A DNA stretch of 64,000 nucleotides from Candidatus Aminicenantia bacterium. GTDB taxonomy: Bacteria; Acidobacteriota; Aminicenantia; Aminicenantales; Saccharicenantaceae. The position numbers and the translations under genes were made by a program. Shown here in pieces: positions 43,395-52,189 of this stretch (the stretch's first letter is position 1; every line of letters begins with the position of its first letter). Below the pieces are notes generated by a model. It worked only from the letters and a program-made list of their open reading frames with translations, was not told the DNA's origin and made no database searches. The stretch is from the NCBI GenBank assembly GCA_041479905.1, contig JBGOYY010000009.1:653-64652 (forward strand), read 5' to 3'.

Positions 43395-46091
43395 ATGAAA
43401 ACCGTGCTCAAGCTCATCCTCATCGTCGTCGTTCTCCTCATCGTCATCTTCAACCTGGCCGCAGCTGCGGGCGAAGACCTGGACAAATTCGCCTTCACCG
43501 CCGCCTCCTCCCCGGCGGCCTCTCCGGTCGTCGTGAACGGCCAGTTCAACGGTTACACGAACTACTGGCACAGCATCTACTGGAAGTGGCTGCAATACGG
43601 GAATCTCTACGTCGCGAGCCAGACCGACTTCGAGAGGTCGATCGCCCAGAATAAGGTCGACATCGCCGAGGAGCTGGGGATCCCGGGCCTGTCCCTGGCC
43701 GAGGGCTTCCTCGAAGCGTGGCTGAAGGCTCCCTTGGCCGAGCTCGATGATCCGGAGCCGGCGGCCCTCGAGAAGGCTCTCGACCGCGGCGACGTCCTCG
43801 TCTGGTCCAAGTCTGCAAGCCCCCTCGCGAAGAGGCTCGTGGGCAAACTGCCGGGCCAGCAGGCCATGCGGGATTCTCTCGGAAGCCACCAGAGAAATGC
43901 CCGGGACTATCACGACGTGTTTGCTTTTCCACTCGGCAGCGGTGAACGCCGGCTCTTCGCGGTCGTCGCCGACTGCGCCGACTGCCGCCGCCGCTTCAAG
44001 GAACTCCTCGGCGGACTGCGGTCCGTCATCGGACGCTACGACCTCCACCGCGGCTGGTTCGGGACAGGAACCCTTCTCCACAGCGTCACCTGCCATCCCG
44101 GCCATCCTCTGGAGATCATCGGCCGGGGCCTCGGCCAGGGAAACGACTGGTTCACGTTCAGCGGCTACATGGATTTTCTCATGCAGAGCGAGCTCGCCGG
44201 GTGGTTGGACAAGGTCGGCCTCGATCTCGCCGTCGACGTCGGCACGGGAAAGGCCACGCACAGCCTGGGGACGGTCGCATACGGTCTCGAGAACTACGAC
44301 GGCCTCAAAATCCAGGACATGCCGACCGAAGAGGAATGGATCCGGTTCGTCAAGGACCGCGGCGGATACATCTTCCGGCCGGTCTATAGCCCGGACTGCG
44401 ACAAGTACGCCTACGACGGCGTTATCGGGATCGACGGCAACAAAAAGCAGGTCGACACCGAGGCCGTCCCCTTCATCCTCCAGACGGGGCTCATCAAGGA
44501 AGAGGCGCCGTCCTCGATGGTTCTCTTCGCGGCCAAAGGGCGCCGCCTGACGCGCCGGGAAATGTGGAAGGCCATCCTCGACCGGCGGGCGGTGGGAATT
44601 CTGCCGCAGGGCCGGATGATGGGGCCGGCGCTCCTGCGGAACGCCCTCCAGATGCTCCTCCTCGACCGTGTTTATCTGGAAAACCTCTTCGCCGACAGGA
44701 TCCGGCTCGACGCCTCGGTGGAGGGTTACGAGCTCCGCGTCCGGCTGGCCAACCTCGGCGATTCCCCTCTCACGGGGACGCTCGAGGTCCGGCCCGCGCC
44801 GGAGCTCGCGGTCGACGGCGGATCGACCGAAGTCACGCTCCCTCCGGGAACCGAGCGCGCTTTCTCGTTCGCCGTCAGACCTTCCGCCGCGGCCATGGCC
44901 AAAGCCAATCCCGTCCTCGTCGAAATGCGCTGGAAGGGAGGCCAGAAAAGAACGCTCGCCGTCCTCGACCTGCCGCCGGCCGTATCCGTCCACAAGCTCC
45001 TCTACGGACAGGCGCCAGAAGTCGTCTATCCTGTTTCGATACATAATTTTACGGCGAAGTCGAGCTACCCGGTCGAGGTCAAGGTTTACGCCAAGGGGAG
45101 TCTGCGGACCCCCGTATTCGAAACCTCCCGGCCCGGGGCGGCCCGCACGAGCGAGCATCAGGAGATGGAATTCCGCCTGCCCCTCGAATCCGGTTCCTAC
45201 ACCGTCAAGGTCGCCGCGCTCGGCGCGTCAAACGAGACCCAACTCGGCGTCGGCCAGCCGGCGGGGAAGGTCACGGTTTCCACTGTCGACCTCGACGGCG
45301 ACGGGATCAAGGAGTACCGCCTGGAAAACGACAAGGTCCGGATCACCCTGCTCGCCATCGGGGCCAGGGTCATCGAGTACATCGTCAAGGAAAAAAACGA
45401 CAACGTCCTCTTCAAGCTCTGGCCGGAAAAGGAGGACACGGACAAGCGGCCTTTCCGCGAACGGGGCTTCTATCCCTACGGCGGCTTCGAGGACTTCCTC
45501 GGCCAGGCCTCCATCGAGACGCACAAGGTGTACGAGGCCGAGGTCGTCAAGGACGGCGGGACATCCGCCTCCGTCCGGATGGCCGCGGACTACTACGGGA
45601 ACCGCCTGGAAAAGACGTTCACGCTCGACGGGGACTCGCCGCTCCTCGAAGTCCGCTTCGCCCTCGAGTTCCGCAACCCCGAGCTGAACATGCTCGGGCC
45701 CCAGCCCATCCTGGCCCTCGGAGAGAAACATTGGACCGAGGATGTCTTCGTCGTGCCTGCGATGTCGGGCCTCCGCGAGGTCCGGATGCGGCCCGAGGAG
45801 TATTTCGGCGAGGTCTTCTTCCTCAAGGAGGGCTGGAACGCGGGCCGCGACACCGTCGAAGACGTCTCGTTCGTCGGGGCTTTCCCCGTGAGCGAACCGG
45901 AGTTCCTCCACATGTGGATGAACCACCCCTCGAACGGCGAGTCCCAGCACTATTACGCCGAGTTCCAGCCGTGGGTGCCCATCTTCCAGAAGACGGTCCG
46001 CTATTTCTCCTACTACCTGTGGGGCGCCGCCGGGCCGTGGGAGAAGGCGCTCGAGGAGCTCCGGCGGAGGAATCTCATCACTTCGAGGTGA
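43395..46091 (+). CDS. Large N-terminally anchored protein of unknown function
   Basis: An 898-aa ORF with one N-terminal TM (LKLILIVVVLLIVIFNLAAAAG). I recognise no motif. Coding is supported by length, while the opposite-strand ORFs look like high-GC shadows. Confidence 0.6.
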   Translation: MKTVLKLILIVVVLLIVIFNLAAAAGEDLDKFAFTAASSPAASPVVVNGQFNGYTNYWHSIYWKWLQYGNLYVASQTDFERSIAQNKVDIAEELGIPGLSLAEGFLEAWLKAPLAELDDPEPAALEKALDRGDVLVWSKSASPLAKRLVGKLPGQQAMRDSLGSHQRNARDYHDVFAFPLGSGERRLFAVVADCADCRRRFKELLGGLRSVIGRYDLHRGWFGTGTLLHSVTCHPGHPLEIIGRGLGQGNDWFTFSGYMDFLMQSELAGWLDKVGLDLAVDVGTGKATHSLGTVAYGLENYDGLKIQDMPTEEEWIRFVKDRGGYIFRPVYSPDCDKYAYDGVIGIDGNKKQVDTEAVPFILQTGLIKEEAPSSMVLFAAKGRRLTRREMWKAILDRRAVGILPQGRMMGPALLRNALQMLLLDRVYLENLFADRIRLDASVEGYELRVRLANLGDSPLTGTLEVRPAPELAVDGGSTEVTLPPGTERAFSFAVRPSAAAMAKANPVLVEMRWKGGQKRTLAVLDLPPAVSVHKLLYGQAPEVVYPVSIHNFTAKSSYPVEVKVYAKGSLRTPVFETSRPGAARTSEHQEMEFRLPLESGSYTVKVAALGASNETQLGVGQPAGKVTVSTVDLDGDGIKEYRLENDKVRITLLAIGARVIEYIVKEKNDNVLFKLWPEKEDTDKRPFRERGFYPYGGFEDFLGQASIETHKVYEAEVVKDGGTSASVRMAADYYGNRLEKTFTLDGDSPLLEVRFALEFRNPELNMLGPQPILALGEKHWTEDVFVVPAMSGLREVRMRPEEYFGEVFFLKEGWNAGRDTVEDVSFVGAFPVSEPEFLHMWMNHPSNGESQHYYAEFQPWVPIFQKTVRYFSYYLWGAAGPWEKALEELRRRNLITSR

Positions 46092-46103
46092 TGAAGCGGC
46101 CGG

Positions 46104-47204
46104 TCAGCTCCGGCCCGAGGCCTTCCGGATCTTCTTGGACGCGGCCTTGAGCTGGGGCAGACGCGCCGCCTCGCCCGGCTTGAGCCCATGCCAGATCGTG
46201 ACGATGTGCCCAAGCATCCGATCCGAGGGGACGGCCAGGGACTGGTCGATGAACATCTTGACGGCCTTGACGTCGCGGAAGCTCGTCGGCAGGACGCGGA
46301 AGCCCTTGTCGATGAAAATGCGGATCGACGGGAAGGTCGCCGTCTTCGTGCCCTGCTTCTCATACCTCCGCTCGTAGTGCCAATCGCACATGATGATGTC
46401 CTTGGGGACCATGTCGATCGCCGGGTGGGTTCCGTTCTTAGACGCCTCCCACAGGCCGTAGCCCGTGGCCTCGCCGTCGATGAAGCGGTCGGCCCACATC
46501 ATCATCTCCTTGCCCCTCTTCTTGACGATATGGTCGTGGGCGTCGTTGACCGCCCGGGCAAAGAGCTCGGCTGTGGGCTTCCCGGCACAGCGGGGGCAGT
46601 CGGCGTCGCCGATGATGAAGACCTCGTCCATGCCGACGTGCAGGGCGTCGGACTCGAAAACGTCGATAAGCTCATCGTAGAGGTCGGTGATGATGGGCTG
46701 GACGTCGGGGTGGAGCGGGCACCAGCTCCGGCAGTAGAAGTCGGTGCCCCAGGGGTCCTTGCCCTTGTTCCCGACGTACTTGCCGGGCGACTCGTCGAGC
46801 TGCGGGTACTTGATAAGGAGCGGGAAGGTCTTCTCGTCCCAGGACTGATGGCCGAGGCTCTGGAATTCGGGGACGAGGCGGATGCCGTGGGTGCGACAGA
46901 GCCCGACGATTCTCTTGATCGTCGCCGCGGGAATGGGGTCCTCCCCCCTCAGCTCGGGGTGCGAGACATATTCGAAGTTGTAGTCGACCTCGACGATGAG
47001 GAGGTTGACGCCCCTCTTAGCGAGCGAAGGGATCTCGCCGATGAGCGCTTCGGCCGCCTTGCTGCTCTCGCAGAGGACATGGAAGCCGAGGACGAGCGGA
47101 CGCTTGGCCGCCGGAACGGTCGCGGCCGGCTTGGGCACGCAGGACGTCAAGAGCCAGGCCGTAACCAGAAGGAACAAGACGAGACGACTGGAGGACTTGG
47201 TCAT
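46104..47204 (-). CDS. Glycoside hydrolase family 20-like lipoprotein
   Basis: Lipobox LLTSC; TIM-barrel-like blocks with LVPEFQSLGH and LHVGMDEVF (H-x-G-x-D-E type catalytic block). GAGGTG upstream of ATG 47204. Confidence 0.65.
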   Translation of the reverse strand: MTKSSSRLVLFLLVTAWLLTSCVPKPAATVPAAKRPLVLGFHVLCESSKAAEALIGEIPSLAKRGVNLLIVEVDYNFEYVSHPELRGEDPIPAATIKRIVGLCRTHGIRLVPEFQSLGHQSWDEKTFPLLIKYPQLDESPGKYVGNKGKDPWGTDFYCRSWCPLHPDVQPIITDLYDELIDVFESDALHVGMDEVFIIGDADCPRCAGKPTAELFARAVNDAHDHIVKKRGKEMMMWADRFIDGEATGYGLWEASKNGTHPAIDMVPKDIIMCDWHYERRYEKQGTKTATFPSIRIFIDKGFRVLPTSFRDVKAVKMFIDQSLAVPSDRMLGHIVTIWHGLKPGEAARLPQLKAASKKIRKASGRS

Positions 47205-47347
47205 GGGTTCACCTCGCCGCCGAGGATAATACGAACGCCGGGGACTTGGCAAGAGGTCCACCGGCGCCGGGTCGAGTTTTTTCTGGCGCGGCCCGAAAGA
47301 TTCCTGATAGAATGGGCCCGTAGCGAACCGACCGGAAAGGAGCTCGA

Positions 47348-48049
47348 ATGAAAACCACGAGAATCCCTCTCTTCGCCCTCGTCCTCGGGACGGTGTTTCT
47401 AGCGGCCAGCGCACCCTCCATGGAGCCGGCCGCGGCGGTGAAGCACCCCGATGTTTCAGGCTGGCCAAACCTCTTCGCGGCCGACCTCTCCAACGCCCAG
47501 TTCCCGGCCGGGGTCTGGACCGTCACCGACGGGGTTCTCACCGCTTCCGAGGACCAGGCCATCTGGACGGTCCGGGATTACGAGAATTTTATCGTCGACC
47601 TCGAGTTCCGGACGGCACCGGGGACGAACAGCGGCGTCATCGTCTACGCCTCCGACACCAAGGACTGGATCCCGAACTCGGTCGAGATCCAGATCGCCGA
47701 CGACTTCGCCGAGGAGTGGGCCAAACAGCCGGCGACCTGGCACTGCGGAGCGATCTTCGGACACCTGGCTCCGACGAAGAGCGCCGTCAAGAAGCCGGGC
47801 GAGTGGAACCGCTTCACGATCACCTGTCTCGGCAAGAGGATCACGGTCGTCCTTAACGGCGAAAAGATCACGGAGATGGACATGAGCCTGTGGACGTCGG
47901 CCAAGACGAACCCCGATGGGAGCGAGATCCCGGCCTGGTTGAGCCGGCCCTTTGCGGAGCTGGCCACGAAGGGGCGGATCGGTTTCCAGGGCAAGCACGC
48001 CGGCGCCCCCATCTTCTTCCGGAACATCAAGATCAAAGAGATGAAATAG
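47348..48049 (+). CDS. DUF1080 (3-keto-disaccharide hydrolase-like) secreted protein
   Basis: Signal peptide; EFRTAPGTNSGVIVY and C-terminal GRIGFQGKHAGAPIFFRNIKIKE, characteristic of DUF1080. Confidence 0.8.
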   Translation: MKTTRIPLFALVLGTVFLAASAPSMEPAAAVKHPDVSGWPNLFAADLSNAQFPAGVWTVTDGVLTASEDQAIWTVRDYENFIVDLEFRTAPGTNSGVIVYASDTKDWIPNSVEIQIADDFAEEWAKQPATWHCGAIFGHLAPTKSAVKKPGEWNRFTITCLGKRITVVLNGEKITEMDMSLWTSAKTNPDGSEIPAWLSRPFAELATKGRIGFQGKHAGAPIFFRNIKIKEMK

Positions 48050-48134
48050 GTCCGGCTGAGTTTACGTCATCTCGAATTAACCCAAAATCGATTCTGTGTT
48101 ATACGCGGCTAACACACAATGAGGCTTGATATCG

Positions 48135-48524
48135 CTATTTTCCATGCTTGAGAAGCCCCCGCAGGAATTTCCGGGCGGCCGGAGAGCGGGCAGCGACGCC
48201 GTCTTTCGGCTCCCACTGAAAGCGTTTCAGGTCGACCCGGCCGCCGAGGCCGACCACGACGTCCTCGGCGACGAGCCTTTTTTTTTGCTCCTCGAAACCC
48301 CGGCCGCGCCCGAGGGAGATCCCGCCCCGGCCGTTGATCACGCGATGCCAGGGAAGTCCCGCCGCGTCCGAGGAGGAATGGAGGACCCAGGCGACGCCCC
48401 GAGCAGCCCGCTCACGCCCGGCCAGGGCGGCGATCTGGCCGTAGGTCGCGACCCGGCCGCGGGGAATGGCCCGGATAACTCTCTTCGCCTCGCGCGTGAA
48501 AGGCGATTCCGGACTGGAGCCTAT
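48135..48524 (-). CDS. MGMT/ATL-family DNA-binding protein (alkyltransferase-like, no Cys in the PCHR position); start unresolved
   Basis: Hand translation gives ...FTREAKRVIRAIPRGRVATYGQIAALAG...AAGLPWHRVINGRGGIS... (PWHRV in place of PCHRV). The first canonical start in frame is GTG 48341, which lies inside the conserved core. The frame is open up to the neighbouring stop. Confidence 0.55.
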   Translation of the reverse strand: MGSSPESPFTREAKRVIRAIPRGRVATYGQIAALAGRERAARGVAWVLHSSSDAAGLPWHRVINGRGGISLGRGRGFEEQKKRLVAEDVVVGLGGRVDLKRFQWEPKDGVAARSPAARKFLRGLLKHGK

Positions 48525-49330
48525 TTTGTGATCCTGATCGAGCCGTTGGTCGTCTCGAGAGAGATCTCGGGGCCGCCCTGACCGATCTTCGCTTCCACGC
48601 GGTGTTTCGACTGGCTGAGGTTCTTCAGCGTCACCGGGAAATCCACGGTGATATGCCCATTGGTCGTTCTGGCCAGCAGGTTGGCGTTGAGGGTTTCGGG
48701 CGAGGCGATGCCCAGCGTGATGGAGCCGTTGGTCGTCTCGGCCACGATCCCGTCCTTAAAAGTCAGGCTTTCAAGACGGATGTTGCCGTTGGTCGTCCCC
48801 GCCGCGAGCTTGCCCTCGAAGCCACTGACTTGGATGCCGCCGTTCGTCGTTTCGGCCTTGAACTCGCCCGCGGCGTCTTTCACGACGATCGAGCCATTGG
48901 TCGTCTCCACAGTGGCTCGCCCATAGCGTCCCGTGACATCGACGCCCCCGTTGACGGTTTCCACCTTGTCGAGGATGACGCCCTCCGGGACCTTGATCTC
49001 GAAGTCGACGTTGACGTTGAAATGGAGGCGGAACTTCGGCCAAATGGCCTTGACCGAGACGGCGCCCGCCGATTCCTCGACCCGGATCTCGACGTCTTTC
49101 AGGTCCTTCTCGTCGTCCCGGGCGACCTTGACGGCCTTGATCTCGACGGTGTTCTCTTTCCAGGTGGACACGATCACCCCGCCGTTGACGTTTTCGAGGG
49201 AGAACCGTTCCCCCGCCTTGAGGGGCAGGGTTTTCGAAAAATCTTCCCGGTAGTCGGCCAGGGCCGCTGCGGACCCGGCCAGGAGAAGCACGAAGACAGA
49301 TAAAATGATCAGCATCCTAGATCTTGTCAT
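48521..49330 (-). CDS. DUF4097-type secreted beta-helix protein
   Basis: Signal peptide and iterated TTNG(S/G/N/H)I repeats (at least seven copies). Confidence 0.75.
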   Translation of the reverse strand: MTRSRMLIILSVFVLLLAGSAAALADYREDFSKTLPLKAGERFSLENVNGGVIVSTWKENTVEIKAVKVARDDEKDLKDVEIRVEESAGAVSVKAIWPKFRLHFNVNVDFEIKVPEGVILDKVETVNGGVDVTGRYGRATVETTNGSIVVKDAAGEFKAETTNGGIQVSGFEGKLAAGTTNGNIRLESLTFKDGIVAETTNGSITLGIASPETLNANLLARTTNGHITVDFPVTLKNLSQSKHRVEAKIGQGGPEISLETTNGSIRITK

Positions 49331-49395
49331 GGAAACCTCCTTGAAATTCGGCCTTCATACAAGGAGACGAAAATCCCCCCGAAAGAGTTGCCTCT

Positions 49396-50382
49396 TTAAC
49401 TCAGAAGCCCCATGAGCTTCTTGGCCCCCTCGAGCGTCTCCCGGGCGATCGTCCGGGCTTTCCGCGCCCCTTCCCGCAGGGCCTCCCAGACGCGTTCCGG
49501 ATCTTTCTCGAGGGCCTGCCGCCGCTCGCGGATCGGGTCCAGGACCTTCATCAGGTTCCTGAAGAAGACTTTTTTGCAGTCGATGCAGCCGATCGTCGCT
49601 CCCGTGCAGCCGTCGACGATCTCCCGGATTTCGCCTTCGGGCGTCACCAGCCTGTGATAGCTGAAAATGTTGCAGAGGTCGGGCGTCCCGGGATCGCTGC
49701 GGCGCTTGCGGGCCTCGTCGGTCTTGGCCGGCCGGAGCTTCTCCCAGATGGCGTCCGGGTCCTCGACGACGCCGATATGGTTCCCCAGAGACTTGCTCAT
49801 CTTCGACGCGCCGTCGAGCCCCATAACCCGGGCGCCCCTTCCGATCAGGGTCGCCGGCTCCGGGAAGTAGTCGCCGAATCGGCTATTGAAGCGGCGGGCG
49901 ACCTCGCGGGCGAACTCGAGGTGCTGGGCCTGGTCCTCGCCGACGGGCACGGCGTCAGCTTTGTAAATGAGGATGTCGGCCGCCTGGAGGATCGGGTAGT
50001 TGAGGAGCCCGGCCGTGACGTTTTCCCTTTCCCGTTCCGATTTCTCCTTGAACTGGGTCATCCGGCCGAGCTCGCCGAGCGGCGTCACGCAGTTGAGCAG
50101 CCAGCAGAGTTCGGTGTGTTCGGGGACGTGGCTCTGGACGAAGATCGTGCAGTGCTCCGGGTCGAGGCCGGCGGCCATGTTGTCGAGGGCGGCCTCGAAG
50201 ACCCGCTTCTGCAGGAGGGCCGGCTCGTAGGCGACGGTGATGGCATGGAGGTCGACGATGGTGAAGAAGCAGTCGTACTCCCGGGTCAGGCGGACCCAGT
50301 TCTCGATAGCCCCGAAATAGTTGCCGATGTGGATCGTGCCGCTCGGCTGGATGCCGCTCAGGATGCGTTTGCGCGTGTTCAT
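49396..50382 (-). CDS. trpS: Tryptophan--tRNA ligase
   Basis: GIQPSGTIHIGNYFGA (HIGH) and KMSKSLGN (KMSKS). ATG 50382 is preferred over the track start at 50439. Confidence 0.9.
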   Translation of the reverse strand: MNTRKRILSGIQPSGTIHIGNYFGAIENWVRLTREYDCFFTIVDLHAITVAYEPALLQKRVFEAALDNMAAGLDPEHCTIFVQSHVPEHTELCWLLNCVTPLGELGRMTQFKEKSERERENVTAGLLNYPILQAADILIYKADAVPVGEDQAQHLEFAREVARRFNSRFGDYFPEPATLIGRGARVMGLDGASKMSKSLGNHIGVVEDPDAIWEKLRPAKTDEARKRRSDPGTPDLCNIFSYHRLVTPEGEIREIVDGCTGATIGCIDCKKVFFRNLMKVLDPIRERRQALEKDPERVWEALREGARKARTIARETLEGAKKLMGLLS

Positions 50383-50448
50383 GGCCGGACCTCGATTCGA
50401 TTCCGGAGGTATTGTATAGGCCTTCGGGGAGGCAATCAAGAGCGACGG

Positions 50449-51078
50449 CTATTCCGGGCGTTCGAGCAGGGCCAGGAACTCGGCCAGGACCATGGCCGTG
50501 GCCCCCCAGATCTTCCGGCCTTCGAAATCGTAAAATGGCACGCTCGCCTGGCGGTCGTTGATGATCCAGGTCTCCCGGCGCTCGTTCCGGGTGTCCGCCA
50601 GATGGTCGACCGGGACCTCGATGACCTCGGCCACCTCGTCGGGCTGGAGATGGAATTCGAGCGGGCCCGGGATGAAGGCCACCGTTGGGTAGATACAGAA
50701 ATTGCTGGGAGGGATGTAGAGGGGCGTCAGCCGGCCCAGGACACGGACCGAGGCGAGGTCCGGCCCGAGCTCCTCCACGGTCTCCCGGAGGGCCGTGGCT
50801 TCGAGGGATTCGCCGGGATGCTGCTCGCCGCCCGGGAGAGAGATCTGGCCGCGGTGGTGGAGGAGGCGCTCCGTGCGCCGGGTCAGGAGCATCCACAGGC
50901 GGCCGTCCTTCTTGTAGAGGAGGATGAGGACTCCGGCTTTGAGCGAAGTGTCCTCGACCTCGAAATAGGCCTTTTGGCCCGGCCGCGGCTCCGGGACCAT
51001 GCGCAACTGGGCCGCGACACCGGGGAGCGGGGCCCAGAGGCCCTTCTCGACCCGGCTCAGGATGTCATCAGGATCCAC
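50449..51078 (-). CDS. Nudix hydrolase, CoA pyrophosphatase type
   Basis: LLTRR motif followed by the Nudix box GGEQHPGESLEATALRETVEELG. Confidence 0.8.
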   Translation of the reverse strand: MDPDDILSRVEKGLWAPLPGVAAQLRMVPEPRPGQKAYFEVEDTSLKAGVLILLYKKDGRLWMLLTRRTERLLHHRGQISLPGGEQHPGESLEATALRETVEELGPDLASVRVLGRLTPLYIPPSNFCIYPTVAFIPGPLEFHLQPDEVAEVIEVPVDHLADTRNERRETWIINDRQASVPFYDFEGRKIWGATAMVLAEFLALLERPE

Positions 51079-52056
51079 TTACGCCTTGCCAAGAACCATG
51101 GCCAGAAGGGCCATCCGGACGTAGAGCCCGAACTCCATCTGGCGGAAATAGGCGGCCCGGGGGTCGTCGTCGAAGTCGACATTGATTTCCGTGACCCGAG
51201 GCAAGGGGTGCATGACGATCATCTTCTTCTTCGCGCCGGCCATGATGTTCTTGTCGACGACGAAGGCCCCTTTGACGGAGTTGTAGACCTCTTCGCTCTC
51301 GAATCGCTCCCGCTGGACGCGCGTGACGTAGAGGACGTCGGTCTCCGGGAGGACCTTGTCGAGCGCATTGTGTTCGGCCTGCCGGATGCCCTTCGCCTCG
51401 AGCTCGGCGATGATCTCGGGAGGCATGCGCAGGATCTCGGGCGAGACGTAGTTGAGCTTGGCGTTGTAAAGCGAAAGCAGACGGGAGAGGGAGTGGACGG
51501 TCCGGCCGTATTTGAGGTCGCCGAGCATGGTCACGGTCAGGTCGTCCATCTGGACCAGTTCTTCATGGATGGTGAAGGCGTCGAGGAGGGCCTGGGTCGG
51601 GTGCTCGCCGACGCCGTCCCCGGCGTTGATGACCGGCTTGCGGGCGGCCTCGGCCGCGATGGCCGCCGAGCCGAGCTCGGGATGGCGGATGACGATGACG
51701 TCGGCGTAGCACTCGAGCGTCCGGATCGTGTCCGGCAGGCTCTCGCCCTTGGCCACCGAGGAGTAGCGCACTTCGTTGATGGAGATGACGCTGCCGCCGA
51801 GACGCTCCATGGCCGCCGCGAAAGAGGACGAGGTCCGGGTGGAAGGCTCGTAGAAGAGGTTGGCCAGGATCTTCCCCTTGAGCAGATCGAACGTCCCGAC
51901 CCGCTCGACCATGACCCGCATCTCGTGGGCTACGGCGAAGACGTATTCCAGGTCGGACCGGCTGAACTGCTTGACGGAGATGATGTCCTTGCCGTACCAG
52001 GGGGCCATGCGCTGGTCGCCGAAGGGCAGGTGGGGGTTCTTGGCGGAGGTGGGCAT
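51079..52056 (-). CDS. pyrB: Aspartate carbamoyltransferase catalytic subunit
   Basis: [10 protein letters not shown] carbamoyl-phosphate motif, HPTQALLD and HPLPR. AAGGAG lies 8 nt upstream of ATG 52056. Confidence 0.9.
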   Translation of the reverse strand: MPTSAKNPHLPFGDQRMAPWYGKDIISVKQFSRSDLEYVFAVAHEMRVMVERVGTFDLLKGKILANLFYEPSTRTSSSFAAAMERLGGSVISINEVRYSSVAKGESLPDTIRTLECYADVIVIRHPELGSAAIAAEAARKPVINAGDGVGEHPTQALLDAFTIHEELVQMDDLTVTMLGDLKYGRTVHSLSRLLSLYNAKLNYVSPEILRMPPEIIAELEAKGIRQAEHNALDKVLPETDVLYVTRVQRERFESEEVYNSVKGAFVVDKNIMAGAKKKMIVMHPLPRVTEINVDFDDDPRAAYFRQMEFGLYVRMALLAMVLGKA

Positions 52057-52189
52057 CGCGGGTCTCCTTAAACGTTCCATAATATGCTACATCAGGTCCG
52101 GAGAAAGAGTCAATCGCGGCGCGGCCGGATGAGGGCATCGGAAAGAGGGGATTGCCGTCAGGCCCGGGATATGGCATCCTGAGGGGAAC

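Noticed and set aside
48096-48117. Hairpin TGTGTTA-TACGCGGC-TAACACA containing GTTA/TAAC, superficially attC-like (GTTATAC, GGCTAAC), between the convergent DUF1080 and MGMT-like genes.
   Set aside because: Only 22 nt with a single 7-bp stem, no L-box or bulges, and no cassette-like gene context. It is more simply a small terminator or stem-loop between convergent genes.
48518-48530. Programmed -1 frameshift joining the DUF4097 gene to the MGMT-like frame.
   Set aside because: There is no slippery heptamer (the sequence is ATC ACA AAA TAG) and no obvious downstream stimulatory structure. A secreted beta-helix fused to a cytoplasmic DNA-binding domain also makes no biological sense.
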